Origin: Octopus bimaculoides
Taxonomy: Eukaryota
Length of the DNA: 36,848 bases
Assembly: GCF_001194135.2 (NCBI RefSeq)
Contig: NC_069005.1
Span: forward strand, 6,464,776-6,501,623
Direction: 5' to 3'
In this document: positions 1 to 11,759 of the stretch, piece by piece
Layout of the letters: each line of letters begins with the position of its first letter
Numbering within the stretch: position 1 is the first letter of the stretch
Notes under the pieces: model-generated
Told to the model about the DNA's origin: nothing
What the model saw: the letters and a program-made list of their open reading frames with translations, nothing else
Database searches by the model: none
Made by a program: the position numbers and the translations under genes

Positions 1-269
1 AGGTGACTTGATTAGCTGCTTGCACTTGATCCTAATTGATTGATTGATTCTGTATCATTACTATCACCACCACCACCACCACCACTATCGTCGTCATCGT
101 CATCATCATCATCACTATCGTCATCATCATCACTACTACCATCATCATCATCACCATTATTGCTCCAATGTCTTTTGATGTCGTCGCACTTCAGTGACCC
201 AAAGTTTCATTATCGTTACCGTATAAAACGTATACGTGTGGTGAGGGTGTGTCGGCTGTTGTTTAACAA

Positions 270-470
270 CAGGTTGTCTCAGAACAAGTTGGCTGGCAGG
301 CCGGTGTTCAAAAGCAGTCCAACCATGACCATCCTGTCGTTTTTTTTGTTTTTTTTTTTTGTTATGTAGTAGGAAACCATGGACTGTATCATCTGATATA
401 CTCTTTTCTAAGACAGTGCTGAGGGAGATTTGACTGTTATTTCAACCATGCAGATGACTCCTTTTTTGAC
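270..470 (+). repeat. Unclassified interspersed repeat (family D)
   Basis: Motifs ccaaccatgaccatcc...gagggagatttgactg recur at about 3600-3800(-), 24720-24790, 25600-25740(-), 26005-26050, 26380-26430, 29490-29960 and 30350-30420. Confidence 0.55.
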
Positions 471-699
471 CTACCCTGATAAACTTGTGTTCCATTCTCT
501 ACGCAATTTTTTTTTTTTTTATTGAATCGTTTTTCTAATTTTTGATAGTGAAATTTGTTTTATTAATTATTGATACATATAATAAAACAGGATCCCTGGT
601 TCAATCCCCCTGCATTGCACCTTGGGTTAGTGTCTTCTACTATAGCCTCAGGCTGACCAAAGCTTTGTGATAGAAACTGAAAGAAGCCTGATGTGTGTG

Positions 700-741
<42 letters not shown>

Positions 742-840
742 TTATTAAAGCTGCAAAAACATCACCAAAAGCTGCTACTTGGAGTTTCATGTTTCTGCTC
801 GTCAGACACTTTAGATTGAGAATGGAACAAAATAAAATTT

Positions 841-1090
841 AGGAGTGGCTGTGTGGTAAATAGCTTGCTTACCAACCACATGGTTCCGGGTTCAGTCCCA
901 CTGCGTGGCACCTTGGGCAAGTGTCTTCTACTATAGCCTCGGGCCGACCAAAGCCTTGTGAGTGGATTTGGTAGACGGAAACTGAAAGAAGCCTGTTGTA
1001 TATATGTATATATATGTGTATGTGTGTATATGTTTGTGTGTCTGTGTTTGTCCCCCCCCCCATCATCGCTTGACAACCGACGCTGGGGTT
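841..1090 (+). mobile_element. tRNA-derived SINE family A, 3'-truncated
   Basis: Head aggagtggctgtgtggtaa...ggttccgggttcagtccc, CORE-like ggcaccttgggcaagtgtctt, internal (TA/TG)n. More than 10 copies in the window. Confidence 0.8.
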
Positions 1091-1134
1091 GCCTTGGTGG
1101 AGGCTTGCTCTCTCTGAGGGCTCTTGTTATTTAT

Positions 1135-1330
1135 CATTAGCATGCTGGGCAAAATGCTTAGTGGTATTTCGCTCATCACTACATTCTGAGTTCAAATTCC
1201 ACTTTGCCTTTTAATCCTTTCAGGATCGTCAAATTAAGTACCAATTGCATACTAGGGTCGATCTAATCGACATATCCCCCTCCACCAAAATGGCTGCCTT
1301 TGTGGCAAAATTTGAAACCATTATTATTGT
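1135..1330 (+). mobile_element. tRNA-derived SINE family B
   Basis: gcaaaatgcttag...ttctgagttcaaattcc...gcctttt/catcctttc..ataaattaagtacc motif set, shared with about 10 copies. Confidence 0.75.
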
Positions 1331-1429
1331 TTTTGTTTTGCTTTGATTTACGCCACAACAGTCTTTTAATTCTTCTGGGTTTTTTATGTTGCAATTTTGT
1401 TCCATTGATCTACTATATGTATACAATGC

Positions 1430-1630
<201 letters not shown>

Positions 1631-1975
1631 TAAGTCACCCATTTTCTTTTCTCTTGTGTATGCTGTGCATGTAATTAATGTATCCTACAGGTACAATACC
1701 AATTTGCTGGAACCCTTGGTTCCAACGCCTTCCAGGACCAACCCCCGGTTGTTTCTGAACCAGAAGTGAATCACCTCTCAATCAAAAAAAAAAAAAAATC
1801 TTGAAATTTACTTAACCCTTTAGCATTTAAACCAGCCATAACCAACCCATCAAAATAGCCAGATCCAGCCTCTCACACCTACCTGGAATGTCATTCTACG
1901 AGTAAACAATCACGCCGTTGAAATCTTAAAGCTTTGAGACAATGTTTGATTAATTCAAAACAATGTGAATAAATA

Positions 1976-2570
1976 CAGTTCTATATTTAAGAGATGAGGA
2001 ATTATTTGCATTATTTACATTCAACGGATATTTGTCCTCATCTTGTTTGTTGTTAACACNNNNNNNNNNNNNNNNNNNNNNNNNNNNNNNNNNNNNNNNN
2101 NNNNNNNNNNNNNNNNNNNNNNNNNNNNNNNNNNNNNNNNNNNNNNNNNNNNNNNNNNNNNNNNNNNNNNNNNNNNNNNNNNNNNNNNNNNNNNNNNNNN
2201 NNNNNNNNNNNNNNNNNNNNNNNNNNNNNNNNNNNNNNNNNNNNNNNNNNNNNNNNNNNNNNNNNNNNNTCTCATTCCTAAGGTATTTTTCGATGTTGTT
2301 GTTGTTGTTATTATTATTCAGGTCACTGCCTGGAATCGAACTCAGAATCTTGGGGTTAGTAGCCCGCGCTCTTAACCATTACACTATATGTTCAATTCCA
2401 GGCAGTGACCTGAATAATAATAATAACAACATCGAAAAATACCTTAGGAATGAGAACCCAAGTTCGAAATTTTCCCAAGACACCTGATGAAGGCTGGAGG
2501 GTATATCAGTCAAAACGTTGTGTTAACAACAAACAAGATGAGGACAAATATCTGTCAAATGTAAATAATG
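1976..2570. mobile_element. Palindromic tRNA-headed, hammerhead-bearing element, copy 1
   Basis: Inverted arms centred near 2388, flanked by the 14-bp direct repeat aatgtgaataaata (1962-1975, 2571-2584). The left arm is partly in the N gap. Confidence 0.8.
2479..2524 (+). ncRNA. Minimal type I hammerhead ribozyme motif, core mutated (GAAA to AAAA)
   Basis: GACAC-CTGATGA-A-GGCTG-gagggtatat-CAGTC-AAAA-CG-T-T-GTGTT. Stems I and II pair, but conserved G12 is replaced by A. Confidence 0.65.
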
Positions 2571-2626
2571 AATGTGAATAAATATTCATCACATTTGACA
2601 GAGTAATATAAATACTAAAGGGTTAA

Positions 2627-2812
2627 AGCAGCCATTTCTGGCCAAAGTATTCTACCACTTTTTTGTTCAATTTGGCCAGATTTGGCCTCTCACATGTCCC
2701 CTAGAATAGAATTTCAAAGTTATGATATAATGCACGATGAACACATGATTAATTCAAAGCATGAACAAACAAGTGTTACATTTGGCAGAGTAATCTGAGC
2801 GTGAAAGGGTTC
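2627..2812. mobile_element. Decayed second P1 MITE directly abutting the first
   Basis: ggccagatttggcctctcaca...atgattaattcaaa...ttacatttggcagagtaatctga..gaaagggtt, colinear with 12104-12324. Confidence 0.6.
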
Positions 2813-3104
2813 AAGAGGTAGTGAAGCATAGGCACCGTTGAAAGGTTTTGAACTCGTGGCCAGACATGAATATGTCCACAACTTTGGTATCTTCACTCAG
2901 GAAGCATAGCGGCTGTGACAGACCCATTTTTTAAACTTGTGTGCATATGGTCATTTTCTCAGCTCCCTAGCACTTCCCCCCTCACACCTGGAGAGCGGAG
3001 AAAGAGATTAGGGGTTAGAATTACAGTAACTGCTGCAAGGTCTTTTTATGGTTTATTTGGTCTTTTATGGTCTTTTGCCCATCTTATTTCTTGATTGCCC
3101 ACAA

Positions 3105-3312
3105 GGGGCTAAACACAGAGGGGACAAACAAGGACAGACAAAGCGATTAAGTCGATTACATCGACTCCAGTGCGTAACTGGTACTTATTTAATTGACCCC
3201 GAAAGGATGAAAGGCAAAGTCGACTTCGGCGGAATTTGAACTCAAAACATAGCAGCAGACAAAATACTGTTAAGCGTTTCGCCCGACATGCTAACATCTC
3301 TGCTAGCTCGCC
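3105..3312 (-). mobile_element. SINE family B
   Basis: Reverse complement of the family B head and central domain (ggtacttatttaattgaccccgaaaggatgaaaggcaaagtcgac). Confidence 0.8.
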
Positions 3313-4183
3313 CATCTGTTTGACAACACTACCACCCATACTGTACAGTTTTGTAATAATTGTATGTGATATAGTGAGTGGTTTTTTTAAATTGAAAAAC
3401 CTATTTTTAAAATCTATATCGTCTCCATGGCAACTGGTTGTCATGGTGATTGGTGACTGAGAATTCCATGTTGTCAGAAGAGGAGCCTGGCATCATGACA
3501 TGTTATTAGCAGGGTTTGATGCAAACAACTTAATGAATGAAGCCAGCTAAACCAAACAAGACAAAAACCAAAAGAAAAAAAAAATGAACAGATTTCTTAA
3601 CGATAAACGATGAGCTGGCAAGGGTCTCTGTGTGGTCGTTCGATTTGCTAGAAATAGCAGCTAAGTCTCCCTTGAGTCATGTTCTGTCAGCTTTAGAAAG
3701 CAAGGAAGCAGTGGTTTGTATAGGGCTTGAGACAATGTCTGGGGGATGGTGGAGGAATATGGGATCAATCACGACTGATTGATCTGGGTTGATTCGGGGC
3801 TGCTCAACATCCACAACAGCTGCAGTAAGTTTCGAACTGTTAAGGGCCCCTTATTGGCATTGACAGCAACAACAATGGTGATGATGATGGTGGGGTCTGA
3901 GAATGGTGAGTGAAAGATCAGCTGAGGTATGACACTTCTGGCTCAAAGGAACGAGGCTGGGGGCTGTTGAAATGTTAAAATTAGTGAAAAAGCACTTTGT
4001 CTGGGAGTCGGAGAATGTAAAGGACCCTCACTGCAACCCCTGCAACAAAACAAGGCCAGGAAGTGTAGCTACACCAAGTGACATTTTAAACCTATGAAAC
4101 CCCCTTCTTAAGCACAAAATGCATTTTAGCCAACACCCTAAGGATTCTGCTACATCACAACCCCAATAATAATAATAATAGAT

Positions 4184-4637
4184 AGGCGCAGGAGTGGCTG
4201 TGTGGTAAGTAGCTTGCTTACCAACCACATGGTTCCGGGTTCAGTCCCACAACATGGCACCTTGGGCAAGTGTCTTCTACTATAGCCTCAAGCCGANNNN
4301 NNNNNNCAACATGGCACCTTGGGCAAGTGTCTTCTACTATAGCCTCAAGCCGACCAAAGCCTTGTGAGTGGATTTGGTAGACGGAAACTGAAAGAAGCCC
4401 GTCGTATGTATGTATGTATATATATGCGTTTGTTTGTGTGTCTGTGTTTGTCCCCTCAACATCGCTTGACAACCGATGCTGGTGTGTTTACGTTCCCGTA
4501 ACTTAGCAGTTCGGCAAAAGAGTCCAATAGAATAAGTACTAGGCTTACAAAGAATAAATCCCAGGGTCGATTTGCTCGGCTAACAGTGGTGCTCCAGCAT
4601 GGCCACAGTCAAATGACTGAAACAAGTAAAAGAGTAA
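4184..4637 (+). mobile_element. SINE family A, near full length
   Basis: Runs from aggcgcaggagtggctg to ...atgactgaaacaagtaaaagag. A 47-bp duplication spans the 10-N gap. Confidence 0.85.
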
Positions 4638-4649
4638 AGGGTTGTTTAG

Positions 4650-5085
4650 CATCTGTTTTCCATGCTGGTATGGGTTAGATGGTTTGACTGAGGACTGGCA
4701 AGCCAGAAAGCTGCACCAGGCTCCAGTCTGTTTTGGCTTGGTTTCTATAGCTGGATGCCCTTCCTACCACCAACCCCTCTACAGTGTACCAGGTGCTTTG
4801 CTTTTCATGTGTCACTAGCATGGGTACAGACTATGTGTCACCAGTACTGGCCATAACTATGATTTCACTCGACTTGACGTGTCTCCTCAAGCATAGCAAA
4901 TCACCAAAGGTCTTGGTCACTTGTTACCGCCTCCATGAGACTCAATATCTGAAGATCATCCTTGACCGCCTTATCCCATATCTTCATGGGTCTGTGTCTT
5001 CCACAGGTTCCCTCCACAGTTAGTGGTCAGCACTTTGTTACACAGCTGTCCTTGTCCATATGTATATGACATAACCAATCCAGCA
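4650..5085 (-). mobile_element. RTE-clade LINE 3' end (decayed ORF C-terminus plus 3' UTR)
   Basis: The minus strand gives WLCHIHMDKDSCVTKC (cf. 9482-9670). The UTR contains rc(ggttgg...ggaagggcatccagctatagaaac), as at 35334-35540. Confidence 0.7.
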
Positions 5086-5095
5086 CAGTCTTCTC

Positions 5096-5393
5096 TACAT
5101 TATTTACAATTGACGGATATTTGTCCTCATCTTGTTTGTTGTTAACACAACGTTTCGGCTGATATACCATCCAGCCTTCATCAGGTGTCTTGCGGAAATT
5201 TCGAACCTGGGTTCTCATTCCTAAGGTATTTTTTCGATGTTATTATTATTATTGTTATTCAAGTCACTGCCTGGAATTGAACTCGGAATCTTGGGGTTAA
5301 TAGCCCGTGCTCTTCAGCACTACGCCATATGCTGTAGTGGTTAAGAGCACGGACTTCTAACCCCAAAATCCCGAGTTCGATTCCAAGCAGTGA

Positions 5394-5450
<57 letters not shown>

Positions 5451-5505
5451 TAATAATAAAAATAAAAACAATAACATTGAAAAAACCTTAGGAATGAGAA
5501 CCCAG
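5096..5505. mobile_element. Palindromic tRNA-headed, hammerhead-bearing element, copy 2
   Basis: Inverted arms centred on catatg (5326-5331). A-box-like tgctgtagtgg at 5330-5340 and B-box GAGTTCGATTCC at 5373-5384. The right arm stops at aggaatgagaaccca. Confidence 0.8.
5144..5189 (-). ncRNA. Minimal type I hammerhead ribozyme motif, core intact
   Basis: Minus strand GACAC-CUGAUGA-A-GGCUG-gaugguauau-CAGCC-GAAA-CG-U-U-GUGUU. Stem I is GACAC/GUGUU, stem II is GGCUG/CAGCC, and stem III is the palindrome ACGU. Confidence 0.75.
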
Positions 5506-5639
5506 TGACATGTAGTATTAACCTGTTGCCCAGGGGGGGGGGGTTGATTTTTTAATTTTTTTGAAGGGTCACAGAATTTGTGTTGGTTGGATCCTTTTCG
5601 TGTAATGCCCCCCACAAGCTAGTAGTTGCTGTGGCTGCT

Positions 5640-5886
5640 GCTATTGACCATGCCACCACCACTACCATTACTTGTGAATGCTGGTACCAGTACCATTGTT
5701 ATTAACCACTATCGCCATGACCACCACCGTCAGAACTACCAACCATTACCATTCTTATCTTCACCATTGCCACCAGAACTGCTGCCATTACCACCAACAC
5801 TATCACCACTATGACAACTAATATCACAACCACCACCATTACTACTATTACTACTACCACCACTACTACTACTACCACTACTACTA

Positions 5887-5930
<44 letters not shown>

Positions 5931-5945
5931 GTTGCTGCTGCTATC
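5640..5945. repeat. Degenerate (ACC/ACT)n trinucleotide tract
   Basis: Directly visible. Confidence 0.9.
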
Positions 5946-6054
5946 ATCACATCCATCAGATAACCTGCTTCACCCTTCTATTTTCAACATACTATGTCTT
6001 TGTTCAGATCTGCCTTCTGCCTTGAACTATCTCTGATGTCTACACCTCTCATGC

Positions 6055-6070
6055 TCTCTCTGTCTCTCTT

Positions 6071-6123
<53 letters not shown>

Positions 6124-6600
6124 CTCACACAATCACATACTTTGACATATGTACATACATACATACACAATATATATGTACACATGCAGGCAAGTACAAA
6201 CACCTTATACACAGGCAGGCATACATGCAAATATATATGTGAATATTATATATATATATATATGTGTGTATGTGTGTGTGTATATATATATATATACATG
6301 TACGCACACAAATATATACTTATGCATACACAGTGCACAGGCTGGCATGCGTACGTGCGTGTGCATGTGCACACATATGCCTGCTTGTGTACACACAAAC
6401 ACATGGCCACTTCCAAGCACATATTCAAACATACAAACTCAAGTACACACTCTTACACTGGTGCACACGGACACACACACACATGCACGCACATGCTCAG
6501 ATATACAAGCACATGTATGTTCATTCCAACCACTTATATACTCGTGCAAATGTATATATATAATATATAAAAACCCTTACATGCACACACACACACACAC
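6055..6600. repeat. Compound (CT)n/(TA)n/(CA)n cryptic microsatellite
   Basis: Directly visible. Confidence 0.9.
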
Positions 6601-6794
6601 GTTCATGTTACTGTGATAGGAGGTGGTTGTGGGCAGAGGGGAGAGGTGATGACACAGAGCAGGAGAAATGAAGGTGGGTGGGTGGAGTGGAGGAAGTGAT
6701 TGAAGTGAGGATAGGTGAACCAAACAAAGCCTTCCTTTATATCTTCTATTTAGAACTTACACCAGAGTAGCATCCCCATCTGACCCTTACTGCT

Positions 6795-6826
<32 letters not shown>

Positions 6827-6924
6827 CTTATCTGTCTGTCTGTCTGTCTGTCTAATTGCACAGGCAGTGGGCTATGTGGTTAAGAAGACTGCTTTGTAAC
6901 CATGTTCTCTCACTGTGCAGTCAG

Positions 6925-7450
6925 GTACTGGGGATGGGGGTCGATTGTGTTAACTGACCCCATCCCTTCAACATCATTGGTCTTATACTTAAATCATAAA
7001 CCATTATTATTATTAGTATTAATTATGGCGGCGAGCTAGCAGAATCGTTAGCACGCCGGGCAAAATGCATAGCGGTATTTCGTCTGTCCTTACGTTCTGA
7101 GTTCAAATTCCGCCGAGGTTGACTTTGCCTTTCATACTTTCGGCATCGATAAATTAAGTACCTGTTGTGTACTGGGGTCAATCTAATCGACTGGCCCCCT
7201 CCCTGAAAAATTTAGGGCCTTGTGCCTAGAGTACATAAGATTATTATTATTATTGCATGCAGGGCAAAATGCTTAGTGGTATTTGGTCTGTCTTTACGTT
7301 CTGAGTTCAAATTCCACCGAGGTCGACTTTGCCTTTCGTCTTTTTGGGGTCAATAAAATAAGTACCAGTAAGACTACTGGGGTCGAAGTAATCAACTTCC
7401 TTTCCCCTTGAAGTTGTCGGCCTTGTACCGAAATTAAAAAGAATTATTAT
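6925..7450 (+). mobile_element. Head-to-tail cluster of family B SINEs (partial copy plus 7027-7250 and 7257-7450)
   Basis: Repeated B motifs, each copy followed by (ATT)n. Confidence 0.8.
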
Positions 7451-7478
7451 TCAGGCAACAAGCTGACAGAATCACTTG

Positions 7479-7598
7479 CATGGCACCTTGGGCAAGTGTC
7501 TTCTACTATAGCCTCGGGCAGACCAAAGCTTTGTGATTGGATTTGGTACATGGAAAACGAAAGAAGCTCTTCATATATGTATGTTTGTCCCCCCCCCC
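7479..7598 (+). mobile_element. SINE family A fragment
   Basis: tggcaccttgggcaagtgtcttctactatagcctcggg... Confidence 0.75.
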
Positions 7599-8016
7599 NN
7601 NNNNNNNNNNNNNNNNNNNNNNNNNNNNNNNNNNNNNNNNNNNNNNNNNNNNNNNNNNNNNNNNNNNNNNNNNNNNNNNNNNNNNNNNNNNNNNNNNNNN
7701 NNNNNNNNNNNNNNNNNNNNNNNNNNNNNNNNNNNNNNNNNNNNNNNNNNNNNNNNNNNNNNNNNNNNNNNNNNNNNNNNNNNNNNNNNNNNNNNNNNNN
7801 NNNNNNNNNNNNNNNNNNNNNNNNNNNNNNNNNNNNNNNNNNNNNNNNNNNNNNNNNNNNNNNNNNNNNNNNNNNNNNNNNNNNNNNNNNNNNNNNNNNN
7901 NNNNNNNNNNNNNNNNNNNNNNNNNNNNNNNNNNNNNNNNNNNNNNNNNNNNNNNNNNNNNNNNNNNNNNNNNNNNNNNNNNNNNNNNNNNNNNNNNNNN
8001 NNNNNNNNNNNNNNNN

Positions 8017-8047
<31 letters not shown>

Positions 8048-9194
8048 GTGTGTGTTGTTGAAATGTTATACTTTTATCATGTTCGTCCAAGTTAAGTAAT
8101 GTGGTCGTATAAGTGCTTTGATGGCAGCCCCTTGTCCCATCCACCTTCAACGTGCTCCTGGAAAGTATTGCGCACGTGTGTGTGTGTATGTGTAACTTTG
8201 TATGTGCATGCACACTTGTCATTCTGTAAGTGTGTGTGTTGACTTTTTATTAGTGATGATGATGATGATAATAATAATAACAATAACAATAATAATAATA
8301 ATAATGATAATAATAATAATAATGGTGATGGCTAGCTATCATATGTCAGTGAAAATTGTCCAATGATATTTACACCAGAGAAATCTAGTCTCATTATGTT
8401 GCGAAGTGACATTAGCGAAGAAACTCACTAAAACCACAACCATACTTTGGAAACTATGCCACGGGGTCAGATTACTTTGGGATGGGGTGATGTGGTAATT
8501 AACATTGCCAACGATGATGCTGATGAGGAAGATAAATGGTGCTATGACTGGTGGTGGTGGTGGTGGTGGAGGTAGGAACCTCTTCGGATTTTATTTTAAT
8601 TTTTAGGTTGAGCGTTTTTTCTTTCTCCCCTTACACACACACACACACACACACACATACATATAGAGACATAAATATGTCTCTGTGTGTGCATATATGT
8701 ATGTGCATATGTGTGTATGTATGTATGTATGTATATATATATATATGTGAATGTGTGAGTATGTATGTCCTGGGTTTGAGTTTAAACTCCATTTGTAGTG
8801 AGGCTGTGGTTGAGGGAGTTCCAGGCTTTTGAGGAGTGTGGAACCCCACTTTTAGCCACTATTCTTCCCAGATCTATTCTGACCCTTAGTAGTAGCACCT
8901 GTTAGGGTCCCAGCTATGGGTTGATTAGCACGTGACTGACCGGGAGCGAAGGGCCCTTAGTTGTAGTTAGAACTTCCTTCTAAGAGAAGGAAAGAAAACC
9001 TGAAGTGTAGTTGGTTTCTGGTTGTCTCTGCTTATTTTGTGCCATTGGTTTTATTGCACTGTAAAGTGGGTTCAATTCTAGGCAGCACTTTACCCACTCA
9101 AATCCATGCCCAGGAACTTCTAGGACTTTAGAAAATATGCATGGACTTACAGAGTTTAGGAAGCAGTCTTAATCAGCTACAACTTAGACTCTGT

Positions 9195-9447
9195 GTGTGT
9201 GTGTGGTTTGTCCACATTATTCTGTAAAGAGCAGAAGGCCAGTTTTTGCTCCCTCTGGTGTATATATTCCCCACCTGAACAGGACACCAGTTCATTGCAG
9301 GATTATTCATTTTTGCTGGCTGAGTGGACTGGAGCAACGTGAAATGAAGTGTTTTGCTCAAAAACACAAAGTATCGCCTGGTCCAGGAATCGAAACCACA
9401 ATCTTGCAATCATGAATCCAACACCCTAACCATTAAGCCATGCACCT
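9195..9447 (-). mobile_element. tRNA-derived CORE-type SINE family C
   Basis: The minus strand has a tRNA head (ggtttcgattcctgg), then tgagcaaaacacttcatttcacgttgctccagtccactcagc. Further copies at about 16997-17125(+) and 17931-18190(-). Confidence 0.8.
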
Positions 9448-9481
9448 CTGTCTGTCTGTATTTATTTATCTAAACTGGCCC

Positions 9482-9670
9482 ATCCCATGTCTTCCTGGGT
9501 CTACCCCTTCTACAGGTCCTCTCTGCTGTTAGAGTGCAACATTTCTTCACACAGCTGTCCTCGTCCATACGAATCACATGACCATACCAGTGCAGTTGTC
9601 TCTCTTGTGCACCACATCTGATGCCTCTTATGCCCAACTTTTCTCTCAGGCTGCTTACACTCTGTTGTAC
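9482..9670 (-). mobile_element. RTE-clade LINE ORF C-terminal fragment
   Basis: LREKLGIRGIRCGAQERQLHWYGHVIRMDEDSCVKKC...RRGRPRKTW is the typical RTE C-terminal WxGHVxRM...RGRPRxxW signature. Confidence 0.85.
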
Positions 9671-9790
9671 CAAGTGAGACCGTAGTCATGGCCGACGCCA
9701 GTGTCAGGTCAATGGCACCCATGTTGGTGGCACATAAAAAACACCCAGGAACTTTTATTTATATGCGTTTTGCTCCATTTATTGTTATTA

Positions 9791-9861
<71 letters not shown>

Positions 9862-9954
9862 CAGATGGATACTGAAACTGCCAGATCATGTGATTTTAGC
9901 GTACGGATGCCTCCTCAGTAGCAGCTGTCTGCTGAGCACATGCCATAAAAGACA

Positions 9955-10325
9955 TGCCTAGACATGTCACGGAGATCAGGGAGTTTCTTCAGGTTAAGCC
10001 ACTACTTCTCTGCATCGAGAGGTCACAGCTCTGGTACTGTGGACGTGATTAGAATGTTGCAGGAAAAGGGTCACAAAATGGGATTCTTCAAACCGAGCCA
10101 ACTGGCCAGCGACCCAGGAGTAGACTGCCAATGCAATGGTTCGATAATAATTATGGTCTCAGTTGTTCGTGCTCAGGAATCAAGCCGGAAAGTCTAACGA
10201 CATTTGCTTCTGATAGAACCCTCTGCAATAGGTTTGTGGGGACTCTAAAGAAATAGTGAATGGTACCCCATCCCCACAACCCTTCCAGGGAAAAGGGGTG
10301 GAGATGATTGGATAGATGGCTGGGC
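9955..10325 (+). mobile_element. Second RTE-clade LINE 3' fragment (Rex3/Expander-like), frameshifted
   Basis: Across frames: EIREFLQVKPLLLCIERSQLW / VIRMLQE / ILQTEPTGQRPRSRLPMQWFD...GIKPESL, ending in a gatgattggatagatgg tail. Confidence 0.75.
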
Positions 10326-10404
10326 ATACGCCACACCTGCTTACACAGATGCACTCACATACTTGGACACTAATATACGCATACATTGCATGTTAACATA
10401 TGCA

Positions 10405-10620
10405 AACGTTGGCACACCGGGCGAAATGCTCAGCAGTATTTCGTCTATCTTTATGTTCTGAGTTCAAATTCTGCTGAGGTCGACTTTGCCTTTCATCCTT
10501 TTGGGGTCAATAAATTAAGTACCTGTTGTGTGTTACGGGGATCGATCTGATCGACAGCCCCCCCACCACCACCACCACCACTCCCCAAAAATTTCGGGCC
10601 TAAAGTAGAAAAGAACATTT
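10405..10620 (+). mobile_element. SINE family B
   Basis: gcacaccgggcgaaatgctc...gaggtcgactttgcctttcatccttttggggtc. Confidence 0.8.
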
Positions 10621-11759
10621 TGAAATGTGCAAAGTTATATGCAGAAATACGAAATACTTGCACACTTTCAATGCATACATACATGTTATATACCTACACG
10701 TACATGTGTGTGTATATGTACATGTGTGTGTATATGTATATATATATATATATATACACATACATACATACACACACACATACACACAGCATGTATATAC
10801 ACCATTCATGCATGTACATACACATATATACACATGTCCAGGTTTAAACACAAGTACACTTATGCAGACACACACAAACACACACATATGCAGAAATAAA
10901 CATGCAGGCATGCACACACACACACACACATACATACATGCTAACTCTCACGCACACACACAGGTTTGCATGCACACACAAACACACACACCTTGAGGAA
11001 TTCAGCTTTGATTTGTCCTGCAAATCTTGAAACTGTTCCCACCATGACCTCCCCACCTTACTGGGCTGCCTGCTTCCCCTCCCACACACACACACATACA
11101 TACATGCTAACTCTCACGCACACACACAGGTTTGCATGNNNNNNNNNNNNNNNNNNNNNNNNNNNNNNNNNNNNNNNNNNNNNNNNNNNNNNNNNNNNNN
11201 NNNNNNNNNNNNNNNNNNNNNNNNNNNNNNNNNNNNNNNNNNNNNNNNNNNNNNNNNNNNNNNNNNNNNNNNNNNNNNNNNNNNNNNNNNNNNNNNNNNN
11301 NNNNNNNNNNNNNNNNNNNNNNNNNNNNNNNNNNNNNNNNNNNNNNNNNNNNNNNNNNNNNNNNNNNNNNNNNNNNNNNNNNNNNNNNNNNNNNNNNNNN
11401 NNNNNNNNNNNNNNNNNNNNNNNNNNNNNNNNNNNNNNNNNNNNNATTTATTTACTTGTTTTGTTTACAACCAATCTGTGCCCTTAACTCTGCCTACAAA
11501 GCAGCTGGGCTACATAGAACAATCCTGGGTGGGTGGGGCATGAGGGAGAGGGTGCAGTCTCCATGATGCACCTCCTCTCCCCTCCCCTCCGCCTGCCCTG
11601 TTTTTCCCCCCCTTAATAGTTGTTTTGGGGGATGGAGAGAAAGGGAACAGTCTCTAGTCAAATCCACGTAAAATCATGCCTTAGACAAACCACTTCTGAG
11701 TCTGTGGCCTGAATTTGTATCCCATTTCTGGCCCATTTAAGTGGTGCCTTAATTTGCTA

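Larger units (their letters stand above)
1816..2622. mobile_element. piggyBac-like MITE (family P1) carrying a nested insertion
   Basis: TTAA|CCCTTTAGCATTTA ... TAAATACTAAAGGG|TTAA. The internal sequence matches the uninterrupted copy at 12104-12324. Confidence 0.85.

Noticed and set aside
4250-4353. Perfect 47-bp duplication inside a SINE
   Set aside because: It straddles a 10-N gap, so it is an unmerged contig overlap. The same applies around 22811-22820.
5330-5396. Functional tRNA genes in SINE heads
   Set aside because: A and B boxes are present, but no convincing cloverleaf or acceptor stem was found, and the heads run into repeat bodies.
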